Shown here: positions 13,773 through 25,850 of the stretch, one piece after another
Layout of the letters: each line of letters begins with the position of its first letter
Numbering within the stretch: position 1 is the first letter of the stretch
Program-made: the position numbers and the translations under genes
NCBI GenBank assembly: GCA_047495785.1
Contig: JBLDXI010000001.1
Span: 2,852,001 to 2,916,000 of the forward strand
From: Lepidodermella squamata
Lineage: Eukaryota > Animalia > Gastrotricha
Direction: 5' to 3'
Length of the DNA stretch: 64,000 nucleotides
The notes under the pieces: generated by a model
Seen by the model: the letters and a program-made list of their open reading frames with translations, nothing else
The model's database searches: none
What the model was told of the DNA's origin: nothing

Positions 13773-14948
13773 AACGCTCTACCTGTAATAAGAGACCTAG
13801 CGGTAGTCAATAACAGTTAACTATAAGCGTCGAGCGTCGAGACCGAAGTGAGAGTGCTAAAAGTTTTATCTGGCTCATGGCTCATAACGTACTAAAGCTC
13901 GAATTACCACAGAATAAGCGATTATCTGGTTATTAATCAATTATACACTACTTCAACTGGGGTCAGTTGTTGGAAGTCAGGAAACAAATCGAACAGGAAG
14001 TCACCCAACAAAAGCGGTTAACTCAGTCTAGGACCTCCACCAGTTGCGCAAGTTTTTAAGACGCCATACGGCCTTCACACATGATAAAAGCGACGCATGT
14101 GCGGTGAAGGTCGTGTGCGCAGAGTGGCGGGAAATTCAAAATCAACAGTGTTATCGCGCATGCCCATCGCACAACCTCGATTTTCCTGTGGTAAAATATA
14201 TTTCAGGTATCAAAAATGTACAATAAAGAGAGTAAAACTGCAAGGCTATCAAATCTCGAATCTCTAGCTATCGCATAATCATAATCACTACTACACACTG
14301 CTTAATTCTGAAGTTGAGCTGAAGTCCTTCGGGATCCGTCGGTCACTCGGTGATTAGGATTTCCAGTTATTGACATGCCTATCAGCGTTACACGAGTATA
14401 ACACATGGCTGAGCGTTGTTCGCTCATAAAATCTGAGACTTAGCGTTTATCAAGCGTCACTGTATTGCCTTCGGTAGACATCTAAAGCGCGCCTCTAGAT
14501 AGCTATGTTGAAAACAATATGATGAGTGTTTTAGACTAGACTTTTTCGGCGCTGAGTTATGGTTGATTCATTGCCCTTGATTCACTAGCCAGTTCGGATT
14601 CAGCAATCTCATAAATAGGTGACCTGTGACGATTGGCTAAAAGAATCCCATAAAGTGTGTATATTTTGCCCGGTTTTATGTTGAAAATGATGACTCAGTT
14701 ACAGACCAATGTCGTTTCTTTATTTATAATACATTTCCAATTTCAAACAAGCACAAAAATGTCAGGTCCCAAAAATAAGGAGCGGAAAAACTAACCACAA
14801 CGTAGCACAACATGAAAATCGCATACACTATTCAATTTATAATTTAGGCTAACAGGCGATCTTTGATCTCTTGAAACAATTAGTTGCACTTGGGCGCTGA
14901 AAGATTTGAAGTGAATACAGCATCAGCAGTGGACGCGTGCTCGAACGA

Positions 14949-17900
14949 TCACAGTTGGCACCTCCTATTAGTCGCGAGCTTTAACTGAGTGAACCGGTCA
15001 AAGTCGAGAACGCTCAGTCTCAAGAGAGCGAAACCGCCATTTTTCGATTCTTCGTTGGCGGAAGCCAGGGATCGCTCGATGTCAACAGCTAACCGCGATA
15101 ACAACCGCAGTAATTGCAGCCGACGTAACGATTGGCATCGTGTGGGTTTGAAATCAAATGAAGACTCCAATGATAGCAGATCTGTTTGGCGCTGCCACAA
15201 GCGCCGTTGTAACCAAAAAATGTGGGCTAATTGGCGACGAAGACACGACGAAGTAGCACCGGTAGATAGACCGCAAGCTAGCAGCTTGTCAGCAAGCGGC
15301 AAATTTCGCCACACACTTGTAACTAACTGCGAGCTTGGGGCATGAGGTATCTGAACAGCCGCAGCATTTCTAAATCGAAAAAATGTTCAAATCTGCGATA
15401 AACACGAATTCAGGAAACCTACGTTGTACCATGTGGGTATAAAACCAGAGAGGGGTAATGAGGTACCGAGAAGACATTATCGCTATAATGACCGCCGCCA
15501 GTTCGATTCTTGCGGCCGAAAGAAATAGGCTCAGACACTTGATCACTATCTACGACGTGAACGAATCGAAACCTCGCTAAATTCCGCTCAAAGTGCTGAA
15601 CAGCTAAGAGAATGCGAGGCTTCAACACGCCGCAAAAAACACACCAAGGCGCGTCGTAGAAAACCAAAGTTGGGACATTGTTGGTTTCAGGCAACCAGTC
15701 GGGTAGTTTCAATTTTTCCGAGGTGGTTTGATCGCCATCGCTGTGATAAGTTTCGGTTAACCAATCAACAAGATGATTGACAGCGCCACTTTCCTCGCTT
15801 TGATCGCCAATAGCCGAGACGTTGATCAGTCGAACTGGCGATTCCTGCCTAGCATCGAGCAGGTACACTCCCGTCGGGAGATTGAGCGGCTTTCTTGGGC
15901 CGAAATGATGATTCAGGGCGGGCGAGGCCGAATGGTTGAAAATTACACCGACTCCGCCGTGGTGTTCGGCAACAGCGAATGAAACTCGCATTGCTTCAGC
16001 ACCGTATCGACTGGGTAGTTGCCCGGACTCGTCTCGGCAACCCCGACCGATAAGTTGCGACATCTTATCTAACTCCACACCGCCATCCTAGGTGAACAAA
16101 AAAATGGTTCAAAAATAATACTAATAATACTAATAAAACTAATAATAAATCAGCGTAATACAAAGCGATATAGTTTTCTGAATAAAACTGACTTTTCATT
16201 ATTTTATTCCACAAAATAAAAGAAATAAAATTCCAAGGTCTTATGTTAGTATTTCTCAGCGCAATAAAATATGTTTGGAAAATAATTTAGAACAGAAAAC
16301 GATGATTTGTCGCAGACAAAGCCCCCTAAAATTAGGCAGTTTCTGGGGTATTTAGAAATATTTTGGCTCTTGAGCCTATCCGCAACTGATCAGCTACAGG
16401 CGTGCAAGGAAAGTCGTGCTCTCAAGGCAAAAAATAGAAAATCGATATAGCCGTTTTTATGTTTAGTACATGAAGAAGTACTTTGAAGCGCCTCCCATCG
16501 GTAAATGCAATCGGTAAATCCCTCGCTCCTCAAAATGATTCTGGCATGATTCAATCAACATGGTTCAACGTCTCCACTGCACAGATACAAGATGGAACAA
16601 TCGTACAAGTTTCAAACGCTAGGTTCATCAAATCCTAGGCTTTGACGTTGAACAGAGCTCAAGGTCAATCTTTTGAGTTTGTCGGGCTCTCCTTTCCCAC
16701 TCCGCCTTTTGCCACTGGTCAACTATACGTCGGCTTATCCAGAGCGGCAGATTGTCGCCGAGTCAAAATAATGGTTTCTCCTGATTATATAATAGACAGC
16801 AAATTCTACACCCGAAATGTTGTCTATTATGAAGTCCGGTAACGGGATCAGAGTTTCAGCTCTGTTGCGTGCAGTTAACATAAGTTTGCAAGAGTTTGTT
16901 CGCAGAAGCTAAAGGCCAAAACACAACGCAATAGTCTGCCGTTCTTGACCACAACTTAGCGTCTTTTTTCCACTAAATTGGACAGTGTTGCATTAATTTA
17001 CTGCTATTTTATCCATAATAAAAATATCGGATTTTGTTCAAAGTCGAACCTGACCACTTTGGAAATCATCATAATTCGTAAATCGTACGTCATCGCTTTA
17101 TAACCTCCTTAGATAGAAACTTCAAATATCGCGCCAACGGGAAAGAGTCTAGTTCTTTCACCAGGCGCTTCATTTGACAGATTTTCATCACCAACTGAGT
17201 TTTTCTGCGTGCCCTGATGACTCTTTTTCCAATAAGCATGACTAAAACAGCCACTCAAACCAGCCTTTCAACAGTTACTCAGCCTGCCGAATCGACTCAA
17301 GAGCAAACGACGAAAACAACGCCCGGTCAATCAGCTACGATTTTCGACCTGCTCACCAACATCAATGATCCGAAAGTTACTATCGTCCTCACCCCCGTGT
17401 TCACAGGTCATGTTCAGAAAATCACTTCAATTTCTCGGCTGGGTAACTCCAATTGTCCCTGATTTTTAGTTAAGAATATGCGAAATGAGCAAAAACATAC
17501 CTGCAGTAGCCTGAAATGAAGCGGGGCGAACTTGGATTTATCGCCAGATAGCCGCAGCAGTTCTCGGCATTGCGCCTCTTCAGTTGCCAGACTAATCGTA
17601 ACTTCGGACAGCAAATCAGAATGTGTTCGATTCGGCGTAACACACTCGCTATGAAGCCAAGAAGCCGCCTTAATCAACGCCACTCCAGGGTTGCAAAACT
17701 GCGGACCAGTCGTTGGCAAGAAAGAATTCACGACCGCGACAACAGCTCGATCGATCCCGCGATCGACCGGGGGTAGCTCAGCCACACCTGTTTCAGGTGA
17801 TGACTCACCTTGTTTTGGAATTTTAGGCGGCTGGGTGTTGGACGCTGGTTTCGGAGGCAACCAACCAGTCCAGTTCGTTGGCACAGCTGATAGTTGTAGC

Positions 17901-18720
17901 GAAATTGGCGTATAGAAATAAGGCAGGCCTAGTCGAATAGTCGGAAATAAAGAATGGGGAACGAAAACCGGCAAAGCTCCGACCATCACAGACCGAATTC
18001 CAACTTTGAGCATATCACCAGATATGGATCTCATTTTCAGCGGTTTTTCGATCGCCATAGCATTTTTCACGAAATTTCTCGGCGAATCTGGCTCGATATT
18101 TGAGTTTTCAGTCTCGTTAATAGCGACGACTATCAGGTACGAAGACGGAGCTAAAAGTCGCAAGCCAGCCAGGGTATGAACATCCGCGGCTTGGTGGAAT
18201 GGAAACGAGAATTTGTACGCGAAAAGCAGCAGTTCAGACTCAGATAATACTCCAGTATAGAAAACATGGCCGGTGAAGTGGGTGAAGAATGAAATGTAGG
18301 GATAACCGCCTTTCAGGCTGAAAGCAGACCGGCAAGTTCCAGTGCCCGGTTGCCAGCAGTTAATGGCGAGAAATTGGAAATTTTGCCGCGCGTGTTTACC
18401 AGCTAATCTTTCAAAAACTGGGCGGAAATGCACCGAAGACCTTGACCAAGGTGCGTAAAATAAAACTATAGCGGCTTCTGATCGATTAAGATAGCGAGAT
18501 AACGAGTCAATACTTCCGTCGTAAATATCCGCAAAATGTGGCGAGGGCGAAGGGCCTTCGAATAGTGGGCCAGGTAGTGGTTGAAGTCGAGTTATTTTTC
18601 CACTGTCTCCCATCAGGAGGGAGATGGGAAGCCAGCGAAAAAAGCTGGCAATCAGCAGTAAATTCGATACGCCTGTCATTACAACCGCCACGTAAGTTGA
18701 CAGCATAATATAGGAGGCAT
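14949..18720 (-). CDS. TXNDC11: Thioredoxin domain-containing protein 11-like (N-terminal TM, two Trx folds, C-terminal helical/coiled region)
   Basis: N-terminal hydrophobic segment; Trx1 FYAPWSRSS...LAINCW...CR...YP; Trx2 FYDAPWCVFC...VPHYPSLVLYP; last two exons splice in frame (stop 14949). Start could be 18720 or 18706. Small middle exons at 17160-17460 could not be resolved by eye. Confidence 0.8.
16113..17152 (+). mobile_element. Non-autonomous Helitron remnant in TXNDC11 intron
   Basis: 16642-16842 encodes the PIF1-like helicase C-terminus (TLNRAQGQS..VGL..P..F..GQLYVGLSR...TRNVVY.EV). 3' end GCGCCAACGGGAAAGAGT-CTAG|T with CTAG at 17149-17152. The ATACTAATAAT repeats near 16113 are taken as the approximate 5' end. 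Confidence 0.75.
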
Positions 18721-18846
18721 TTCTATGTCACTTTATGTAATTCTAATCAATCTATCAAAAGAAATAAATATTCAGTGCCTGATGATTTAGAAGAAAAATC
18801 AAGAAAAATAGGTATTAGTTAGCAAAGCAAAATTTGTCAGGTTTCT

Positions 18847-20591
18847 TTAGGCCGATCCGTTCATCATTGCAAGAATTTCATTCTGGTCAGCCAGCATTTT
18901 TCGGTAAACTTTGTATTTCTTTTGATGAAAAGCGACCAAATCACCGTCTGTTTTCGGATAAATCAAATCGCAATCAGTTGCCATTTGACTAGTGGCTTCG
19001 TCGACGTTGGAATAAGTTCCAGCCGCTACACTGGCCAATATAGCATTTCCCAACAAAACTACCTCGGAGCATTTTGATACAGCAAAAGGCGTGGCCAAAA
19101 TATCGGCGTGGGTTTGTAAATACAACTGATCGCGAGACAATCCTCCACAGGCTACCATTACTTTTGGTGGCTTGACGCCATTCGACGCCATCAATTCCAA
19201 GGTAAATCGAATATTATAAGCTAGTGATTGAAGCGTAGCCAAGTAATAAACGGCAAGTGAGTCAAGCGAGCTGTCCATGTCCATCCCAACAATCCAACCA
19301 CGATAATCGGGCCTTGATTTCGCACAATATAATCGGGTTAATTTTTACATTTAATATTTAAAAAAAAATCCTACCTAGCTAATGGGGCCCTATTCCCGTG
19401 GAAATCCGGGCAAATGTGAGTATCTTTGGTCAAATAATTAAAATTGGCCACTGATCGAGCTGAAGCCAGCTTTGATAGATGATTGAGCAGCGTTTCCGAG
19501 CGTTTGCTCGCCTCAATATCACGACCCGCTGGGTGGAATGTGCACAACCAGTCAAGAAGCTTTCCTGCTACGCTTTGGCCCGCTTCGTAAACCCATAAAT
19601 TGTTACCAAGGGCGTTGAAAAAAGGTCCCCAAACTCCCGTGACAAACGGTGGACAATTAGATTGCGGGTTTTCAGAAAATAAAAACATGCACGTGGATGT
19701 TCCGCAAATCATTGCCCCCATTTCGGAAGACCTCAGACGTTGGCCATTAATTTGAATCTTGGAGGCAAGGCAACCAAGCGCACCAGAGTAGGCATCAACC
19801 ATGCCAGGAGAAACACCAATAGGCGAGTTTCTTGTTGACACATCGGCTTCAGATTTTAGCAAATCATTCGCGTGGGCGTTGTCTGCAATGTTTTTTCCTG
19901 GTGGCACCACTACATTTGACTTCAATAGATGTTCGTAAACATCTGCCATTCCAACCGTTTCCCAGAAATCAGGACGAAAGCTCAAATTCTGTGAATCGTA
20001 AGCCCATTTGGCGGCGACAGTACAAATTGAGCGAACCGAACTACGTCCGGTAAGTTTAAATGTGATGAAGTCTGCCAAATCATGAACAACGCCGCACTTG
20101 GACCAAACAGCCGGAAGATTTCGTTTAACCCACAATAGCTTCGGAGGCTCCATTTCGATTGAAACGCTACCGCCGTAGAAATCAAGAGCTTTGTGCTTAG
20201 TTGCATTAATTTCAGCATGCTCATCGCCAGCGCGATGATCAAGCCACATAATAACGTTATTGGAAAACTTCGGATTACTTCTTTCAGTTATGAGATGCAA
20301 CGCTTCGCCTGATTTATCTCCAAACGCTAGAGAACAAGTAGCATCAAAACAAGCACCGATGATTGAGAGTGTTTCTTTGTTGTTCTCAGAAGCTTTCTTG
20401 AATGCAGCTTTGGTAGATTTAAGAATGCCTTGCCAGATTTCGTCAGTGCTCTGCTCGCAAATATCCCCATTTTTATCGCAACGGTGGGAAGTTGTTGGGG
20501 TTACATCCATGCCAAGCAGTTTTCCACTTTTATCGAACAAGCCAACTCGAACTGACCCAGTTCCAATGTCCACAGTCAGGAAAGTATCCAT
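18847..20591 (-). CDS. FGGY: FGGY carbohydrate kinase (D-ribulokinase-like), 2 exons
   Basis: VDIGTGSVRVGLFD, FDATCSL, NVIMWLDHRA, SIEMEPPKLLW, DLADFITFKLTG, ICGTSTC, GVWGP, EAGQS..GKLLD, PDFHGNRAP, CGGLS. Intron 19313-19374. Confidence 0.96.
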
Positions 20592-21617
20592 GACTTTCAG
20601 GAAACGGGCAAACGGCGGCTAGGATTTATTTAACAAAATACCTAAAAAACACTCATAATCATAAGAAACATATTCACAGGACGCTGAATGAACGCCTGGG
20701 TACCACAAGACAAGGATCCTGGAGAAACAGTCAGCAAATAAGTAAATGGAGTACCAGGGTACGGACATTGCAAGTAGTAAAGAAAACCTTTTTCTAGGAG
20801 GTTATATTTTTCTTAGAGCGCGGAGAAATTGCGCAATCGTGATCGCGAGACTACTGGCTATCGTCAATGACAAAAGTAACTAATAACCCAAGCAATAATT
20901 AGCAATAGATGTACAATTAACAACTGGCTGGCTTTTAGCAAACATCAGCCTCTGCGGTTAGATGAAGAAACTGAACAACCGTGGTTAGATTGCTAGAAAA
21001 TTCGTCTTTTTCTTTCTACTGGCTGAGGATGACCGAGTCAACTCTTACAAAACTATTGCTAATATGCAATTTTAAAAATTTAAGAAATTCTGATGAATTT
21101 AATATACGACAAGGTCATCATAAATTAATTCTAAATGCCGTTTTTTGCCCCGCCCCTTTACGGCTGGCGAAGCGGACTCGCTGAGTACTTACCTGTCGGC
21201 GCTTAATCTCTTGCCGTTCGCTTTATGTGCCCATCAGCATCTGGGCGTTGCGCTCCACCTGTCCGTCTTTTACAAAGCGAAGCAATGATCATTAGCTGTT
21301 CAGTTTCTTATATTCTGCAAGGAATCTTTTCTTGTCGACGCTAACTCCGGAATTTTTTTGACTATTCGACTCTAATTTCGGCTGTAATATTCAAAGCCAT
21401 TAGTTGCTGAAATATTTTCAGCCCAACTAAAAGCTGTTGCTAAACTTTGAACGCCAAACCCAGGTTAACTGCCATCTAGATATCACGTACAATCGTTGTG
21501 ATTGTTGTAAACCTTGAGAAATTTTTTTTGCCCGATTTTTTATCTGCTATGACCTTTTCTACACCTATGTTTAACCTCTAGAGACACTATCTTTTAAATG
21601 GGTGGATGAAATGCTGA

Positions 21618-24600
21618 ATGTCGCGGCTTCTTGAGAGGAAAGGTTATTCTAACCGCGCCACCAAGCTGGTGTCGGATTCGAAAATCACCGAAAGGCCCAG
21701 AGCCTTGGTGAGCATGCGGCGAGTATCTCAGGACAATCAGCTCCAATCTTTTCTTCACAATCAACATCAAGCGATATCCGGGGGTAATGAGGATGGCGAA
21801 GATGAAGAGCTCGTCATGGGAGCAAATGCAGCCAACGGCGACGATATTGAAGATGTGCCCATGTCTTGCGGAATTGGTTCTTGGAGACCCGCTTGGTTGC
21901 AAAAGTGTTACAACAACAAAATGGCCTTGGTTTTGTTATCATGGTTTGCGGTGTTACAAGGCTTTGTTGTGAATGGGCTAAATAACGTCAACACTACTTC
22001 GTACGAACGACGTTATCAGCTTACTAGCACAGAAGTTGGCCTAGTCTCCAGTGCTTATGATTTTGCTGCTGGTCTTGCTGTTGTCATTCCATCATATTTT
22101 GGCAGCAAGGGCCATAAGCCGCGCTGGTTGGCATGTTCAGCATTTCTGTTCGCTATGGGCTCTTTTGTTATGACACTTCCAAAACTAATAGCTGGACCTT
22201 ACCCTCCACCTTCCAGCTCAGATCAGACAGCTGTTTGTCAATTAAATGGTAGCGCATTTTCATGGGGAATTTTTATGGTATATTTAATTCATTTTGTTTC
22301 TATAGCAACGTCATGCCCATCAGTGACTGTAGAGAATGAGTCTACAATATGGAATATCTTTCACACAACAATCTCGTTTCCATCGTCATATCAATACCTG
22401 GCACTTCTCATTATGGGCCAAGGATTGCATGGTTTAGGTGGCTCGATTTTATACAGCCTCGGAACTGTATTCATCGACGACAATGTTCCACAAACTTCGT
22501 CTCCCTTCTACATCAGTAAGCTTTGCAGCGGGAAATTCATTTCATCACAGACTAAATTGTGGACAATTTATTTAGGCATTTTTTACTCATTCGCTGCCGT
22601 TGGACCTGCTATCGGTTACATTGTTGGCGGAGAATTCCTCAAATTATATGTGGATTTTCCCACTGTTGATTCAAAACAGTAAGTTGATAAACCTTAATCG
22701 CGAATGATCCTATAGTTATTTGAAATTTATTTAGCATTATGGATGAAAATGGAAAGTAAGTTTATTGATGTTATGGTTATGGTAGTTTCTAAATTCCTTG
22801 ATATATCCACAGTTATACATCTCTGACCGATCAAGATGCTGCTTGGGTTGGTGCGTGGTGGTTGGGATTTTCCATAGCGAGTCTCTTATTCCTCACGGTC
22901 GCTGCGGCTTTGCTGTGCTTTGACAAAGAGCTGCCAGGTTTGTTCACTGTTTTTTTAATTAAGACCCGGCTAATTAATGCGTTGATTCACAGAGGCTGCT
23001 GAAGTCAGACGGACCCGTGTTTCAGAACATCATTTCAGCAACAATTTCCGGCACCGCGTCTCCTCCAAATACACGCTGTGGCATTTGCCGCGCAACGCTT
23101 TTCGGCTAATTCGCAACCCCGTGTTCGCCTGTGCCTCGATTTCTGCGGCGATGGAAGGGGCCGTGCTTTCAGGATTTGCCACTTTTTTACCGAAATTCAT
23201 CCAAAGTCGATTTTCGCAGTCAGCTTTTATGTCAGCTTTGCTCACCGGTATGATTGATTTTCTTAAAATTCGGCTTTATTAAATTATTCTTAACAGGCGT
23301 GGTTGTCGTACCAAGTGGTGCCCTTGCTCAGTTTGCGAGCGGATTCGTAGCGCGAAAACTGCGGCTGAAAGTTCGTGGTCAAATAATCGCGTCGATCATC
23401 TCGCTCATTCTAAGTATCGCCTTCTCGGCGGCATTCTTGTTGAACTGCGAAAACGCGCCAATCATCGGCGTCGACGAGCCGTACGAAGCTCTCGACCCGC
23501 CCAACTACCAGAGTCTACTACTCACGTCGACTTACAACCCATCGGAACATCTCGGCCTGAACCATTCGTGCATGAGCCATTGCGGGTGTTCGACCAGGTC
23601 TTACCGGCCGATTTGCGCCGGCGGCCAGCACCAGTTCTTCTCGCCGTGCCACGCCGGGTGTCACTCGGTGAACGGCAAGTACAGCAACTGCTCGTGTCTC
23701 GTGCCGGTTAATGCGACGAAATGGCCGACGTACCAACAGCCGGACGTTGTCGACGGGCTGTGTCCGGGTGAATGCCCGGCGTTGTACGTATTCCTCGCGC
23801 TCTTTTTCCTCGTCGTCTTCTTCACGTTCTACGTGCAAGTGCCGTTGAATACGATAACGCTGCGTTCGACTTCGGACGCTGAGCGGCCCTTTGCTATCGG
23901 GTTGCAGTGGATTTTCATCAGATTCATGGGCACAGTACCCGGTCCCATTGTCTTTGGCAGTGTTATCGATTCCAGCTGCATTGTATGGCAAGAGTCGCAA
24001 ACTGGCCAATGCGAAACAGCTCCAACCCGAGCGGTACGTATTTTGCGGTTATTTTTAGGCTTTCTCGATAATCGATCACAGTGAGGGGGCTTTATTTTTA
24101 CTAGAATGAGAATTCTCATCATCCCTAAAAGATTAGTGTATTCATTTTTTTATCCCTGTGGTCGATGTAGCTCTCTATTTTTAGACGGGGAAAATTCTGA
24201 AGTGGTACATTCTGAATTAAACTGGCTATTTTGGTGCGTGATAAAGTAACTACAGGCGAAACAGAGTTATTACTCTATTTTTTGCGTATTTTTTCTGTTT
24301 TTATTACATAACTGCCCCGTTTTATTACATCTGCATTTTATTGCTGATTAGCTATGCCTGTATTTTTTCTGTTTAGTAAAGCAGAAAATTACTCATGCCT
24401 TAAATTTGAGACGCCTAATAATAATTTCTTCCGAGACACATGGCATTAATTTGATAAATAACTCAGGTGTAACAAGACGAGACAAGACCCAATTATTGAA
24501 ATGAGGGGGTGCAAATATCATTATGACTCGAGGTTTTTCAATGCGTAGTTTGAAATCGATATATTTCGCAGAATTTCTATAATTAAAAAAATTGGGTTAA

Positions 24601-25850
24601 AAATTTACTATTGATTATTCAATCAATTTTTATTGATCCAGTACAAAAATATTCTGATGAGTAATGGATAGCTAGGAATAAGCGTAACGCGGGATAATTG
24701 GAGCCAGGGTAGTCTTGCAAGATGTTAGCATTACAGGGGAACAGATTTGCAACGCCGAACGATAAAAACTTGGGGATTGATGCATAAAATTCTTCACCTC
24801 TCCACCTTTTGAATTTCATAAAACTCAAGGTAGATGGAGCAATATCTGTTTTTTGACGAATGTTTCAATGATTGCAATTTGGGACGGCTGTCATATCTTA
24901 ATGATAATTAAACATTTGTAGATGACATTTGGCATTGAAATATCCAGGGTTTCTCTTTAACTGAAAAAAATCGGAGCGGGGCATCCGTCTTAAATTTCCG
25001 TGCGAAATCGGTAATTTTGGACGGTATAAATTTGCTCCCGATTTCTTGTTAATTTGACCCACATTTTGGGGACAAATTCATTCCGAAGCTTTTTGTTAGA
25101 AAAATTAGCCTAATACAGAAAAATTCTCTAAATTTGCAGGGAAATTAGGAATTAATTCTGGGTGGTTTCTAATATTCGAAAAATATAATTTCATCAAAGT
25201 TTAAGGTGGCTGAGCATGTAATTTAAAATTGAAAAAATTGATGGTAATTTTTTTGCTTACAGGGGGCGTGTTGGCTGTACAACACGAGGACGACCAGTGT
25301 GTACCTGATGGGCGTCGGCATGGTCATCCACTTCATATCGCTGCTGGCGAACGTCGCCGCCCTCGCCTTCTACCGCCCACCACCGGGCGTCGACCTCACC
25401 GACCCGTTGACGCGTGCCATGGGCCGGCTTTGCTTCTGCCGCCGCAACCGAAACGGGTGCCTGGCGAACCCAGAGCCGCCGGAGGGTGACGAAGACAAGG
25501 GCGAGGAGGACGCGGTCGCGGCACCGGCCGGCCAACCGACCTCGGGCAGCGGTGGCGGGGAGACGAATGCCGGGTCGACTGTGGCGGTCGTCGAGGCGAC
25601 GCCGGGTACGAGCAGCAGCAGCGCGGCGGCTGGCGGCGGCGGTGTGGCGACGCCCGGCGGCAGCGGCTCCGTCTCCTCACTAAAACGCGCCTTTCATCGA
25701 AACAAATCCAGTGATACGATCGCGCTGGTCCACTGCCAGGACGAGCCGGTGCAGCAGGCGCCGCCGACGCCGACGCCGTCGCCCACGGCCGAGCAGAAGC
25801 AACTGCGCCGGCCGCCCTCCATCCGGCACTTCAAGCCCAGCAATGCTTAG
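21618..25850 (+). CDS. Organic anion transporting polypeptide (OATP/SLCO, SLCO4-like), multi-exon
   Basis: CGIGSWRPAWLQ, YERRYQLTSTEVGLVSSAYD, HKPRW, FIDDNV, WVGAWWLGF, FLPKFIQSRF, Kazal-like CMSHCGCSTRSYRPIC..FFSPCHAGC, GTVPGPIVFGSVIDSSCIVW. Last exon 25263-25850 starts GACWLYN. Includes a 21-nt exon at 22735-22755. Confidence 0.95.

Noticed and set aside
17414-17460. Selenocysteine or stop read-through in TXNDC11
   Set aside because: The TGA codons are not in a redox motif and no SECIS was identified; unresolved splicing is simpler.
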